From Eledone cirrhosa (Eukaryota): DNA of 64,000 nucleotides. Below the pieces are notes generated by a model. That model was not told the origin of the DNA. It made no database searches and was given only the letters and a program-made list of their open reading frames with translations. This document shows, in pieces, positions 31,291-45,383 of this stretch; position 1 is the stretch's first letter, and each line of letters begins with the position of its first letter. The DNA lies in contig OZ024740.1 of NCBI GenBank assembly GCA_964016885.1, positions 252,650,001 through 252,714,000 on the forward strand, written 5' to 3'. The position numbers were made by a program, and so were the translations under genes.

Positions 31291-31607
31291 ACAATTCACT
31301 ATTGCACAATCTATCACTATTTTAATGTATTAGAAATTAGAAACAAACTAAGCGTTACTTATGTATGTAGTTCCTTACATTCTTTTGGTCCTCACTTATT
31401 TTTATGCAACTTTTTTCTACTGAACCAAATTTCAATATTTTTATGTCAAAAAGTAGCTTATCTGCGGTCCTATAAAGTGCAAAAAACCGCATCCAATTCT
31501 ATCAAAAATTGAATTAGTGACAAAGCTTTGAAGGTGTCGCGAGTGACCGAAATGGGACCTTAAGAATATTATACACCTACTACCGTAGGTGTATGATATA
31601 TATATGT

Positions 31608-32722
31608 GAGCCACTATACTTAGCCTTTGTTGACCTAGTGAAGGCCTTTGATAGGGTACCCCGATCTGTAATCTGGTGATCCCTAAGGAAACTAGGTGTT
31701 GAGGAATGGCTTGTGAGGACGGTGCAAACTTTGTACAGAGGTGCTGTCAGTAAAGTCAGGGTAGGAATAGAGTTTAGTGAGGAATTCCAGATACAAGTAG
31801 GAGTACATCAAGGTTCGGTCCTCAGCCCGCTCTTGTTCATTATAGTCCTCCAAGCCATAACAGAGGAGTTTAAGACTGGCTGTCGATGGGAACTTCTCTA
31901 TGCTGACAATCTGGTTCTTATAGCAGAATCAGTAAAGGAGCTAGAGAATAAATTCTGGCTATGGAAACAGCAGTTGGAAGCAACAGGACTGAGAGTGAAC
32001 CTAGCTAAGACAAAAGTGTTGATGAGTAGAAAAGAGGACAAAACTCTGATTCCGTCAGGGAAATGGCCATGTTCGATATGCAGAAAAGAAACTGGTATAA
32101 ATTCTATAAAATGCACACAATGCAGATCCTGGGTACACAAGAGATGTAGCGGGATAGCAGGCAAACTAACAGGTAGGGAGAAATACGTATCACTAGATGT
32201 ATAGGGAAATTAGACAGTAGAAGTCGCATTGATAGACACATTTTTCAAATGCAGGCGGGTGCTATAGAAGTGGTGGATAGCTTCCGGTACCTAGGAGATC
32301 AGATTAGCATGGGAGGAGGAGGATGTTCCGAGGCCAGAGTATCTAGAATAAGGACGGGTTGGAAGAAGTTTAGGGAGCTGCTTCCTTTGCTGACGAAGAA
32401 GGGTTTCTCCCTGCGTAGGAAAGGCCGGTTATATGATGCCTGTGTGAGGAGTGCAATGCTGCATGGTAGTGAGACATGGGCAGCAACTGCAGACGGGCAG
32501 CAACTGCGATGGCTGAAGAGAAATGAGGCAAGCATGCTCCGTTGGATGTGCAGTGTCGATGTGCGTGAACGACACAGCATGAATGTGTTGAGAGAGAAAC
32601 TGTGTCTGAGAGGGATAGAATGTAGTGTACGAGAGAGGAGACTGAGGTGGTATGGGTATGTGATGCGCATGGAGGATGACCGATGGGTGAAGAAGTGCCA
32701 GGAAATGCCAGTTGAAGGAAGA
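31608..32722 (+). mobile_element. RTE subfamily C fragment, decayed
   Basis: [22 protein letters not shown]; ends at TA tract. Confidence 0.9.
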
Positions 32723-32752
32723 ATGTATCTATGTATATGTATATATATATAC

Positions 32753-35316
32753 TGGTGGTGGAACAGTAAGGTGGAGGGATCAATCAAGGCCAAAAAGCAG
32801 GCTTGGAAAGCATGGCTGGATGGGGGAAGTAGAGAAGAATATCAAGTGGCCAGGAGGGAAGCTAGGAGACAAGTATACTTTGCAAGAAGGGAAGCAGAGG
32901 AAAGAAAGTTCAAGCATGTTCTACAATGCGAGGACCAAAAACGTGAGGTGTTCAGGATTACTAGGCAATGTGTCAAGGAAAACTGATATTGTCGGGGAGA
33001 AGTGTGTCCTTAATGACGCTGATAAGAAGGTAGCTTGGAAGTGTCACTACGAAAGGCTACTAAATGAGGAGAATAATTGGGAGAAAGACAGTCTCCCCCA
33101 CATCGACACAATAGAGGGACCAGCAGTGCAAGTTGAAGGTATTAAGTAAGGCGATCAAAGACATGAAGACGGGCAAGGCGGCCGGGCCTTCGGAAATAGT
33201 TGCTGAAATGCTGAAAGCATCTGGAACGGTGGGACACACTATGGTCACTCGGATAGTAAACCAACTCATACAGAATGGGGTCGTTCCGAAGGACTGGCAC
33301 AGCAGCATCATCATTAACTGCTACAAGGGTAAAGGTGATGCCCTAGATAGGGGAAACTATATAGGCATTAAATTAATTGACCAGGTCATGAAGGTCACAG
33401 AAAAAGTAATAGCGCAACTAATCAGAGAGCGAATTGATCTAGACGAAATGCAGTTCGGGTTTGTGTCAGGTAAAAGTACAACAGACGCTCTCTTCATTGT
33501 ATGACAACTACAGGAGAGTACCTAGCTAAAAGTAAACCCCTATACTTAGCCTTTGTTGACTTGGAGAAAGCCTTTGACAGAGTACCCCGCTCGATTATCT
33601 GGTGGGCCCTTAGAAAACTAGCTGTTGATGAATGGCTTGTGAGAGCTATACAAGCCATATATAAAGAAACAGTCAGCAAGGTTAGAATTAACAACGAATA
33701 TAGTGAAGAGTTTAGCGTAAAAGTTGGTGTTCATCAGGGCTCCGTTCTTAGCCCCCTACTATTTATTATTGCCCTTCAGGCTATAACAGTGGAGTTCAAG
33801 ACCGGCTGCCAATGGGAACTCCTATACGCAGATGATCTAATGCTCATAGCTGAATCAATGGCCGAGCTAGAGAAGAAATTCCAAACATTGAAGCAAGGCC
33901 TAGAATCAAAAGGCCTTAAAGTTAGCTTGTCTAAGACTAAAGTTCTAGTTTGTAGGAAGGAAAATAGGGCACCGGTCCCATCTGGGAAATGGCCATGCTC
34001 AGTGTGTAGGAAAGGAGTAGGCAGAAACTCCATTTTATGTCCCAAATTCAAAATATATGTGCATAAAAGATGTAGTGGGATCACAGGTAAGCTAATAAGA
34101 ATATAGATTTTATATGTGGCCGGTGCTCTGGTGCAATAAGTAGCAGCAAGTGCCCACAAATACTAGCTCATTCCATTGCACAGATGGTTCTATAGAAATA
34201 GTGGACAGCTTCCGTTACCTGGGTGACAAAATCAGCAGTGGGGGAGGGTGCTCTGAAAGTACAGTAGCTAGAGTCAGAACGGTATGGAAAAAGTTCAGAG
34301 AGCTTATACCACTATTGGCCACTAAAGGGTTCTCCCGAAAAATGAAAGGCAGGCTGTATGATGCCTGCATACGAACAGCAATGTTACATGGCAGTGAGAC
34401 CTGGGCATTGTGTGCAGAGGATATACGCAGACTAGAGAGGAACGAAGCTTGCATGCTCCGCTGGATGTGTAATAGTAATATACGTGAACGGCAAAGCATA
34501 AACGAACTAAGGGAGAAATTAGGTATAAGAGGGATCAGATGTTGTTTACTCGAGAGAAGACTACGTTGGTATGGTCACGTGATGCACATGAAAGACGACA
34601 ACTGTATAAAAAAGTGCAGGGCGATAAAAATAGACAGTAGCCACGGAGTAGGCAGACCCAGAAAAACCTGGGACGACTTGATAAATTCCGACCTCACACA
34701 CTTACACCTCTCCAAGACAATGTCACTGGACCGAGATCTTTGGCGCTACACAGTTATACAGAAGACCCGCCTTGCCGAAGTACAAAGCGAAACAAAGCGA
34801 AACCTACAGTCAGTAGGCACCTCTAACAAAATACGCCCCCGTCCCACTACCCCTACCCCCATCCACACCAGCCCCTTAAATGTAAAGTTATGTTGGTACC
34901 ACAACATCCAGTCCGAAACAAATGAGGTCGTGTAGGTGTCACGACAAAAAAAAACACACAGTCCACGCTGTAATGTGGCCGTGTAGGTAACACGGTAAAA
35001 ACCTCCCAGTACACACTGTAAACGTGTTTGGTGTTGGGAAGGGTACCCAGCCGTAGAAAACCCGCTAGACGTGTAGGTGTCACGACAATAAAACACACAG
35101 TCCATGCTGTAATGTGGCTGTGTAGGTAACACGGTAAAAACCTCCCAGTCCACACTGTAAACGCGGTTGGTGTTAGGAAGGGCATCCAGCCGTAGAAAAC
35201 CCGCCAGAAAGTCCTGAGCAAGACAACCAATCTTGCCTCAAGTGGAACAATTCCCGTCCAGACCCATGCTAGCGTTGAAAATGGACGTTAAACGATGATG
35301 ATGATGATGATGATGA
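32753..35316 (+). mobile_element. RTE subfamily A, frameshifted, 3'UTR internally duplicated
   Basis: [27 protein letters not shown]; ~140-bp duplication in 34930-35210. Confidence 0.92.
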
Positions 35317-35328
35317 TATATGTATATG

Positions 35329-35362
<34 letters not shown>

Positions 35363-35366
35363 TATA

Positions 35367-36070
35367 TGTGTAATAGTAATATACGTGAACGGCAAAGCAT
35401 AAATCAACTAAGTGAGAAATTAGGAATAAGAGGGATCAGATGCTGTTTACTCGAGAGAAGACTATGTTGGTATGGCCACGTGATGCGCAGAAAGACCACA
35501 GCTGTATAAAAAAGTGCAGGGCGATCAAAATAATGGTAGTTACGGAGTAGGTAGACCCAGAAAATTCTGGGACGATCTGATAAATTCCGACCTTACAAAC
35601 TTGCACCTCTCTAAGACAATGTCACTGGACCGAGATCTTTGGCACTACACAGTAATACAGAAGACCCGCCTTGCCTATGTACAAAGCGAAACCTAGTCAG
35701 TAGGCACCTCTTAACCAAATATACACCCCAATCCACTACCCCTACCCTATACTCCCACTCCCACCAACACCACCCTCTCTCTATAAAGTTGGTACCACAA
35801 CATCCAGTCCAAATAAATGAGATAATGAGATCGAGATCGAGTAGGTATCACGAGAAAAAACACACAGTCCACGCTGTAAAGAGTCCATGTAGGTAACACG
35901 GTAAAAATGTGGTTGGTGTTAGGAACGGCATCCAGCCGTAGAAAACCTGCCAGATAGTCCTATATGAGCGAGACATGGTCACCCGACCAACCTTGTTTCA
36001 AGTGGGACAACTCCAGTCTAACCCATGCTAGAGTGGAAAGTGGACGTTAAACGAAGATGATGATGATGAT
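35367..36070 (+). mobile_element. RTE subfamily A-like 3' fragment, older
   Basis: GRPRKFWDD, 3'UTR, (GAT)n. Confidence 0.85.
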
Positions 36071-36081
36071 ATATATATATA

Positions 36082-38370
36082 TCATCGTCATCATCATCAT
36101 CATCATTTTACGTGCGCTTTTCCCTGCTTGCAAGGGTGGGACGGGTCTTATTCAGCACAGCATCTCTCCACTCGTCACGGTCATTCGTCATCTCCACCAT
36201 GAGCTTCAATGATCTGAGGTCTGTTCTCACCACCTCCGCCCATGTTTTTCGTGGTCTATCTCTTCCTTCAACTGGCATTTCCTGGCACTTCTTCACCCAT
36301 CGGTCATCCTCCATGCGCATCACATGACCATACCACCTCAGTCTCCTCTCCCGTACACTACATTCTATTCCTCTCAGACACAGTTCCTCTCTCAACACAT
36401 TTATGCTGGGTCGTTCACGCACATTTACACTGCACATCCAACGGAGTATGCTTGCCTCATTTCTCTCCAGCTGTCGCATATCCTCTGCAGTTGCTGCCCA
36501 TGTCTGACCATGCAGCATCGTGCTCCTCACACAGGCATCATACAACCGGCCTTCCTACGCAGGGAGAAACCCTTCTTCATCAACAGAGGAAGCAGCTCCC
36601 TAAACTTCTTCCAACATTGAAAAATGTGTCTATCAATGCGACTTCTACTGTCTAATTTCCCTGTACATCTACTCCATACATATTTCTCCCTACCTGTTAG
36701 TTTGCCTGCTATCCCGCTATCTCTTGTGTACCCAGGATCTGCATCGTTTGCATTTTATAGAATTTATGCCAGTTCCTTTGCTGCATATCGAACATGGCCA
36801 TTTCCCTGACGGAATCAGAGTTTTGTCCTCTTTTCTACTCATCAACACTTTTGTCTTAGCTAGGTTCACTCTCAGTCCTCTTGCTTCCAACTGCTGTTTC
36901 CATAGCCAGAATTTATTCTCTAGCTCCTCTACTGATTCTGCTATAAGAACCAGATTGTCAGCATAGAGAAGTTCCCATGGACAGCCAGTCTTAAACTCCT
37001 CTGTTATGGCTTGGAGGACTATAATGAACAAGAGCGGACTGAGGACCGAACCTTGATGTACTCCTACTTGTATCTGGAATTCCTCACTAAACTCCATTCC
37101 TACCCTGACTTTACTGAGAGTACCTCTGTACAAAGATTGCACTGTCCTCACAAGCCATTCCTCAACACCTAGCTTCCTTAGGGACCACCAGATGACAGAT
37201 CGGGGTACCCTATCAAAGGCCTTCTCTAGGTCAACAAGGGCTAAGTATAGTGGCTTATTTTTCTCTAAGAACCTTTCTTGCAATTGTCTCACCAAGAAGA
37301 GGGCATCTGTTGTACTCTTCCCAGGCACAAAACCAAACTGCATCTCATCTAGTTTGACCCTTTCTCTAATTAGTTGTGCCACTTTCATAACCTGATCCAT
37401 CAGTTTTATACCCCTATAATTGCTCCTCTCCAGAGCATCCCCTTTACCTTTGTAGCAATTTATGAGAATACTGCTGCACCAGTCTTTGGGTATGACACCA
37501 CCATCTATAGCTTGATTGATGATGCGTGCAACCAGTTTAGTGCCTACGTCCCCTGATGCCTTCAGCATCCCAGCAACTATTCCCGATGGTCCAGCAGCCT
37601 TACCATTTTTCATTTCCCTAATCGCCTCTTGGACCCTATATTCGTCAATCTCAATAGCTGGTCCCTCTGTCGGATCTACTAAGGGTAATTTCTCTCTCCC
37701 ATTCGTTCTCCACATTCATCAGTCTCTCAATGACATTTCCAGGCCTCCTTTTTCTGATCATTCGTGACACTAAGTACACCGGCATCATCCTGGACACATT
37801 TATCTCCAACAACATCCTGATTTGCATTGACACACTGCCTTGCAATGTGGAACACTGCACGCCTCTGATCTTCCCGTCGCAGAACATTGGCAAACCTCCT
37901 ACTCTCCGCCTCCCTGCGTGCTAAGTACACCTGACGTCTAGCTTCTCTCTTAGTAGCTGTATATTCTTCCCTACTCCCACCCTTTTTCCAAGCCTTCCGT
38001 GCTAGTCTTTTGTCTCTAATGGCCTTATCTACAGGTCACTCTCTGTCTGGTTGGAGCTCTGCTCCAGCCACAAGTTTCATCAGTAGCCTGCAGCAAGTTG
38101 TCACGTAAGAAATTCCAGTTATTATCTATGTCATACGTCTCTAAATCGTCTTCTTTTTCGTCATATACATCTTGAAGTGCTTTCCTAAATTTGTATTTTA
38201 GTGAAAGGTCTTTTAGCTTCCAAACCTTTCTTCTCCACACCCTCCTGTATGTCTCATTCCATCTCTTGCTTACTGAGATATCAATAATGACTAACCTATG
38301 CTGTGGGGTACATTCTTCCCCAGGGTATGCCTTGGTATTAGACACTATCTGCCTGTCCTGCTGCCTAACT
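36082..38370 (-). mobile_element. RTE subfamily C, decayed (APE end to 3' tail)
   Basis: QHRLV, KAAGP, NYRGIKL, DLEKAFD, YADN. Confidence 0.92.
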
Positions 38371-38628
38371 AAATATATATATATTTTATTTTGTGCATTT
38401 GCTTACCACGTGTGTTTGTTTATTTATTTATTTTTTCTTTCGTATCGCTGTCAACTTGCTAACTTTTTTATTTTTTATTTTTATATTTGACTCTATTTTT
38501 TACTGATTTATCTTGGTCAGTCGATGTAACTGCTTATTTTAGTATATGCACATGGTTGAGTGTGTATATGTTTGTTTATTTTTATAATTATGTATGTATG
38601 TGTGTGTGTGTATATATATGTATGTGTG

Positions 38629-38677
<49 letters not shown>

Positions 38678-38747
38678 TTATGTGTGTGTGTGTGTGTATT
38701 TATGTGTATGTGTATGTTTTTTATATATATATACATATGTATATATG

Positions 38748-38800
<53 letters not shown>

Positions 38801-38906
38801 ATATACTTGTATATTTATAATCTTATTTTCTTCTTCCCTGAGCCTCACTTTCATATTTCTTATATTTTTGTTTTCAAATCCACATTCAATAAAAACACCA
38901 TGATTT

Positions 38907-38966
38907 TTTCATTCTGACAACTGAAAGCAGATTTGTTTGCTTTCAATAAACCACTGGTAAATGAAA
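38907..38966 (+). ncRNA. Hammerhead, inactivated copy (G8A, G12U)
   Basis: CTGACAA...TAAA versus intact copies at 42714 and 45027. Confidence 0.7.
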
Positions 38967-41607
38967 TAATTATCATATGTTGTTTATTACATAACTAATA
39001 AGCTCTGTAACCGACATAGAGCACTCTTTTTTCCTGGACCGGGATTGATTGAAGCATATTCTATATTACATATTTGATTGGCACTTTCCAGCCCGATAAG
39101 TTGAGCACTCTACAGTTTTCAGGAAATTAACCATGGACATTTATGAATTGGATTATTCTATCACTAATATACCTACTACTTCCAACACAACTTATACCAA
39201 ACTGCTTATAGATAAAATCGAACAAGTCTTTAAAAGAATGAGATGGAAGGCAATGGTTTACAGGCAGTGTTGATACAAATGACCATTTTGACATTAAATC
39301 CCAAAAATACCCACCTAGAATTAAAGACATGGCCAACTTCCAATTGGATCTTGTTAATTTAATTAGTGAAATCAAATTTCATAAGTACAACAATAACTTT
39401 GAAACTAATCTTTCTAACGATATTTCTAATTTTAAAAATTCTACAAACACTTTTGTTCTTTCTGATAAAACTAAAAATCTCTTTGAAGTAAATAGTATTT
39501 TGTATAACCAACTTTTAACAGATAGTATCACCAACAAATATCAATTAGCTAACAATAACACCTACAATACCATTAATAAAGAAGCTAAGGACCTAGCTAG
39601 TATTTTAAAAATAGACAACCGGATTGAAAGCCTAGCTAAACGTAAAAAATATATTACCCTTAAAGACCATAAATCTGACTTCACTAATCGACCTAACTGT
39701 AGACTAATTAACCCGGCTAAATCTGAAGTTGGCCTTGCTAGTAAAAAATATCTTAAGAAAAATAATACTCCAAATTAGAACTAAGACTGACTTATCACAA
39801 TGGTTAAATACATCCTCTGTTATTTCTTGGTTTAATAATATACAAGGTAAAAATAAGTGTAGATTTACCCAATTTTATATTGTTGATTTTTACCCCTCTA
39901 TTACTGTTTCCTTATTAACAAAAGCCTTAGATTTTGCAAGACCTTTCATTAATATTTCTAAATTAGAAGAAGACATTATCTTTCATGCTAGGAAAACTCC
40001 ACTCTTTACTAATGAAAGTATTTGGGTTAAAAAGTCAAGCCCTGAAAACTCTTTTGATGTTGCGATGGGTTCATATGACAGTGCTGATGTGTGCGACTTA
40101 GTAGGGTTATTCCTTCTTCACACCCTTAAAGAGAAATTTCCTTCCCATAATATTGGTTTATACCGAGACGACGGATTGGCAGTTTCTCATACCACCAGCG
40201 GCCATAACCTTGATAAATTCCGTAAAGATTTAATCAATACTTTTGCTAACCTAAACCTTTAAGGTTTAACGAACCTTACTAATGCTAACTTTCTTGATAT
40301 TAATCTTGAGCTAATTACTGCCTCTTTTAAACCTTATCATAAACCTAACGAGAATCTAAGATGTATACACAAAGAGTCTTGCCATCCGCCTATAGTTTTT
40401 AAAAATCTTATTCCTAATATTAGCCGTAGGATTTCTACCTTATCTTCGTCTCTAGACATATTTAACAAAGCTGCCCCTTATTATAATAGGGCCCTCAATA
40501 ACAGCAGCTTTACAGAACATATTAAATATTTACCTACTCCTCCCTCTAAAACTATTCACAACAGGAAAAGGAAAATTATTTGGTTTACACACACCCCCCC
40601 CCCATTCTCTCTAACTGTCAAAATGTAGGAAGGAAATTCCTCGACTTCCTAGTCAAACATTTTCCCCTAATCATAGATATTATAAGATATTTAATAGAAA
40701 TGTAGTCAAAATCAGTTACTCTTGCTGTCCATCAATGAAGACTAAAATTACCAACTCTAATCGTACGAGAGTAAATCCAGGATGCAGGTGCAGGAAGCCG
40801 GAAGAATGCCTACTACAGGGCAAATTTAATACTAAATCCGTTGTGTATGAGGTCAAATTGACACCGTTGATTAACAACCAGCCAGCCAGGAGTGAACAAT
40901 ATGTTGGCATGACTCAGGAGAGGTTCAAAACCAGGTTTTATGCACATGTCGCTTCTTTTAAGCACCGGGATAAAAGAACAGCAACGGCTCTCGCAAATAA
41001 AGTGTGGGAATTCAAAGACAAAACCATCCCGTACACTATCGATTGGTCTATTTTAGACCATTCAAGAGAATACCAAAGGGAACAAAGAATTGTTCTTTGT
41101 GCACCACGGAAATATTTAGAATTCTCCAGAATTTGAAAGCCACTTCCACTTGCCTTAACTCCAAGACCGAGATCTTCAGATGTTGTCCTCACCTGAAATC
41201 ACATCTACTTTGTAACTGGATTGACATTCCTACGATGACTCAACCACCTTGAACTTCTTTACTCATTATGCCTTACATCCACTACGATTAATATTACTCT
41301 CTGAACTCACATTCTTTACCCATATATTCTTTTTCTCCCTCATCTCCCCTTATATTTATTTTTTTTTTTCCCTGTTATTTATATTTCTGTTGACATATTC
41401 CTCCCCCCCCCCTACTTTCTACCTTACCGTTTACATTACACCCCCCCCTATTTTTATATATATATATATATTTCTGTGTGTATGTATGTATATGTATGTA
41501 TGTGTATATGTATGTATATATATATCATATATGTACTTATGTGTGTGTTAATTTTTGTGCGTGTATATGTATGTTTATGTATATGTGTTTGTATATGTAT
41601 GTATATT

Positions 41608-41694
<87 letters not shown>

Positions 41695-42713
41695 TTTTTA
41701 TATATATGTGGTGATGCAACCTTATGTATGTCTGTGTGTGTGTACATGTATGTATATGTATATGTATATGTGTGTATATGTATATGTATGTATATGTATA
41801 TATATATATATATATATGCAAAGATATATATTTAATATCATTGAATATTTACTCCAGAAACTTGTTGAGTGCTCTAAATCAGTTATAAACATTTATATTT
41901 TTTTATATTTGTCGGATTTCCAACTAATTGAATACCCCATCCACTTTTTATATATATATATATATATATATATTTACATGTATATGTATGTATATATATA
42001 TGTGTGTATGTGCGTGCGTATGTACTTGTACATGTGCGTATGTGTGTGTATGTGTATATTTTTATATATAAGTAATTATTTATATATACGTGTTTATATG
42101 GTTGAATGTACTTTTTCTCACGTATATGTGTGTGTGAATGTATTTATACCTTTTGATATATGTATATATATGTATGTATATGTATGTTTGTATGTATATA
42201 CTTAACTGTGTATGTTTGTTCTGTATATATATGTGTGTCTATATTCCTATGCATGTGCATGTGTTGTATGTATATGTGTGTGTATATGTATATATATGTA
42301 TATATAGTATAAAGAAAACGAAAAATCAGTGATGCATCTGGACTTAGCATTTGCTTACCACGTGTTTGTTTATTTATTTATTTTTATTTTTATTTCTTCT
42401 TTCGTATCGCTGTCAACTTGCTACATTTTTTATTTTTTATTTTTATATTTGACTTTATTTTTTACTGATTTATCTTGGCCAGTCGATGTAAGTGCTTATT
42501 TTTGTATATGCACATGGTCAAGTGTGTATATGTTTGTTTATTTTTATAATAATGTGTGTGTGTGTGTATATATATGTATGTATGTGTGTGTGTGTGTATA
42601 TATATATATATGTGTTTGTGTATTTATGTGTATGTATGTTTTTTTATATATATTCATATGTATATATGTGTGTGTGTGAGTGTGTTTATATAATTATATA
42701 TTTATAATCTTTT

Positions 42714-42773
42714 TTTCATTCTGACGAATGAAAGCAGATTTGTTTGCTTTCAAGAAACCACTGGTAAATGAAA
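42714..42773 (+). ncRNA. Type I hammerhead ribozyme
   Basis: tttcatt-CTGACGA-tgaaagca/tgctttca-GAAA-CC ACT GG-TA-aatgaaa. Confidence 0.9.
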
Positions 42774-42844
42774 TAATTATCTTATGTTGTTTATTACATA
42801 ACTATATACACATATACATATATATATGCACATACATACATATG

Positions 42845-42892
<48 letters not shown>

Positions 42893-43213
42893 AATACACA
42901 CACACACACATGTCTAGGGCGGGTAAAATTCCAGAGTCCATGGACGAGTTCTCTCCAGCGATCTCTGTCCCTCATTATCGCTACCATGACCCTGCGTCCG
43001 CAAGAGACCAGTGTCTGTCCTCAGGGAATCAACATATGTTAACCTCAGTCTTCCTCTTCCAGTGTGTTCATGCAGGGGCTCCCACAGGAGCACTGAGTGC
43101 AGTGTCAACTCTGGATGTTGGTGAGCATGTCCAGCTAACCTCAGTCTCCTCTGTGTCACTTTTGAGCTGACTTTTGTCAGTCATTGAAAAGAAATATATA
43201 TATGTATATATAT

Positions 43214-43542
43214 GGAGGCACATGGCTTAGTGGTTAGAGCATTGGCCTTGCAATCGAAAGGTTGTGAGTTCAATTCTCAGACCGGGTGATGTGTTGTTTC
43301 CTTGAGCAAGACACTTTATTTCACATTGCTCCAGTTTACTCAGCTGTAGAAATGAGATGATAGGGACTGGAGTCCCCATCATTCCACTGTAAACTGGTCA
43401 TGGAGGTGACACGGCAAAAAAGCACCCAGCACTCACTGTAAATGAGGTTGGTGTTAGGAAGGGCATCCAGCTGTAGAAATCAAGCCAGAATCAGTTCCCG
43501 TCCCACCCTTGCAAGCAGGAAAAAGCGGACGTAAAATGATGA
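43214..43542 (+). mobile_element. tRNA-headed SINE with RTE-derived tail
   Basis: A box TGGCTTAGTGG, B box GTTCAATTC, CCTTGAGCAAGACACTT core, RTE 3' end. Confidence 0.9.
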
Positions 43543-44095
43543 TATATATATATATGTAGGTATATATATATATATAAAGCTTTGCTCTTTCTCTCGACCA
43601 CATCATCTTCCGTATTCCCAATCTTTGCTACTCAACCAATTCTAGCGACTGCCCGCCTACATTAGTAATCTTCTCTGGCTTCTTAATATTCTCTACCAGA
43701 TACTTTGTCTTAATCTCATTCATTCTCAGCCCCACACTCATCGACACAGTCTCCACCTCCTGCATCAAATCCTCTGCCTCCCTCACAGTGTTTGTCACCA
43801 GAACTATGTCGTCGACAAATTCAGCATCTGATATCTTGTTCGCCTTAACTCTCCTGCTCTGAGCCAGTGCTACAGTAAAGCCAGAGTCCTGGTGTTTCTC
43901 CAGCGCAAGGCGCATACAATAGCCCACTGCGATGACAAAAAGGTAGGGAGCCAATGTATCTCCCACGAGCACTCCAACCAGTATCTCAAAGAACTCTGTC
44001 ATCCCATCAGGCGTAACGACTTGGGCTTTGGTGTTGGTGTAAAGCAGTGATATCAGGTCCACTATCTTATATTTTTATGTGTGTGTGTGTATTTG

Positions 44096-44128
<33 letters not shown>

Positions 44129-44149
44129 GTATATATGTGTATATATATT

Positions 44150-44978
44150 AATAAGAGGAATTCCAACTTTGTCTGATTTACTCGTTTTATTTACAATCCT
44201 TTAAAATTGATAATGGTATTATAATGAAATAGTATGATATAATCTTAAATGTTAAATGATAAGTGTTAATTGAACAAGTACTTTCATGCTTTCGCAATCT
44301 TCAGTCAAGTTTGCAATTTTCAACTGTAATGAGATGGGTAAATTTTGTATCTTATATACAGTGAAAAGTGGCTCCAGAATCTTGCAAACTGTATTTCGAC
44401 CAATCGGTGTGTAGTTTCACTGAATTACTAAAGCTGATTGGTTTAAGCATCACGGTTGGTTGAGCATGTCTAACGACCAATAATTGATCCTATCCAAAGC
44501 ATCAATTGTTTTGCTATTTTTAGAAATGATGAAAATAGCATTTTCTAGTAATCATCACAATCAACATCACTTTTATTATTATTATTATTGTTGTTGTTGT
44601 TAGTGGTCGTAGTCATAGTCATAGTAGAAGTAATACCCCTTAGTGTTATTATTGTTCATTTAGCTTGGGTTTGAATTTATCAATAAAACTCTTTTCTTTG
44701 ATTTTTCTCTTGGGCTGTGTAATTTGTAGAATGGGAATATTATAAATATTCCCTGACCACATGTTGCTAGATGGTTACTTAGGGGTATCTGACAGACATT
44801 TGGCTCTCTGATTTGCTGACGGTGTACCCGTGCACGTTCCGATAGCACATTTCCAATTTGACCGACATATAGTTCTTCACAATTCGGGCATTTAATGCAG
44901 TAAATTAGATTTCTGCTTTTGCAGTTCATATTTGCATTTGGAAATATTTTTCCAGTTTTTGTTTTCATATATTGACCG
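44150..44978 (-). mobile_element. PLE 3' fragment (GIY-YIG plus pLTR with CCAAT/TATA and degenerate HHR at ~44270-44308)
   Basis: CKSRNLIYCIKCPNCEELYVGQ; CTGAAGA-t tgc gaaa gca t-GAAA-GTAC-TT with poor stem I. Confidence 0.8.
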
Positions 44979-44997
44979 GCGTGTATATGTGTATATA

Positions 44998-45312
44998 GGT
45001 ATGTAATAAACAACATAAGATAATTATTTCATTTACCAGTGGTTTCTTGAAAGCAAACAAATCTGCTTTCAGTCGTCAGAATGAAAAAATCCTGGTGTTT
45101 TTATTGAATGTGGATTTGAAAACAAAAATATAAGAAATATGAAAGTGAGGCTCAGGGAAGAAGAAGAAAAGATTATAAATAAATATATAAGTATATAAAC
45201 ACACACACATATATACATATGTATATATATATAAAAACATACATACACATGCACATAAATACACAAACACATATATATATATAAATATACACATACACAT
45301 AAATACACAAAC

Positions 45313-45357
<45 letters not shown>

Positions 45358-45383
45358 TACATACATATCATATATACACACAC
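44998..45383 (-). mobile_element. Solo pLTR of the 38385-42805 family
   Basis: Reverse complement of ~38600-38995. Confidence 0.88.
45027..45086 (-). ncRNA. Type I hammerhead ribozyme
   Basis: Intact CTGACGA/GAAA core, same stems as 42714. Confidence 0.9.

Larger units (their letters stand above)
38385..42805 (+). mobile_element. Decayed full-length PLE with direct pLTRs (~38385-38995, ~42345-42805)
   Basis: ATG 39133, broken ORF to ~41252 with SDKT, YRDDGL, VVYEV..YVGMT; HHR in both repeats. Confidence 0.9.

Noticed and set aside
34930-35210. Regularly spaced ~45-nt repeats resembling a CRISPR array
   Set aside because: Internal RTE 3'UTR modules without unique spacers; eukaryotic context with no cas genes
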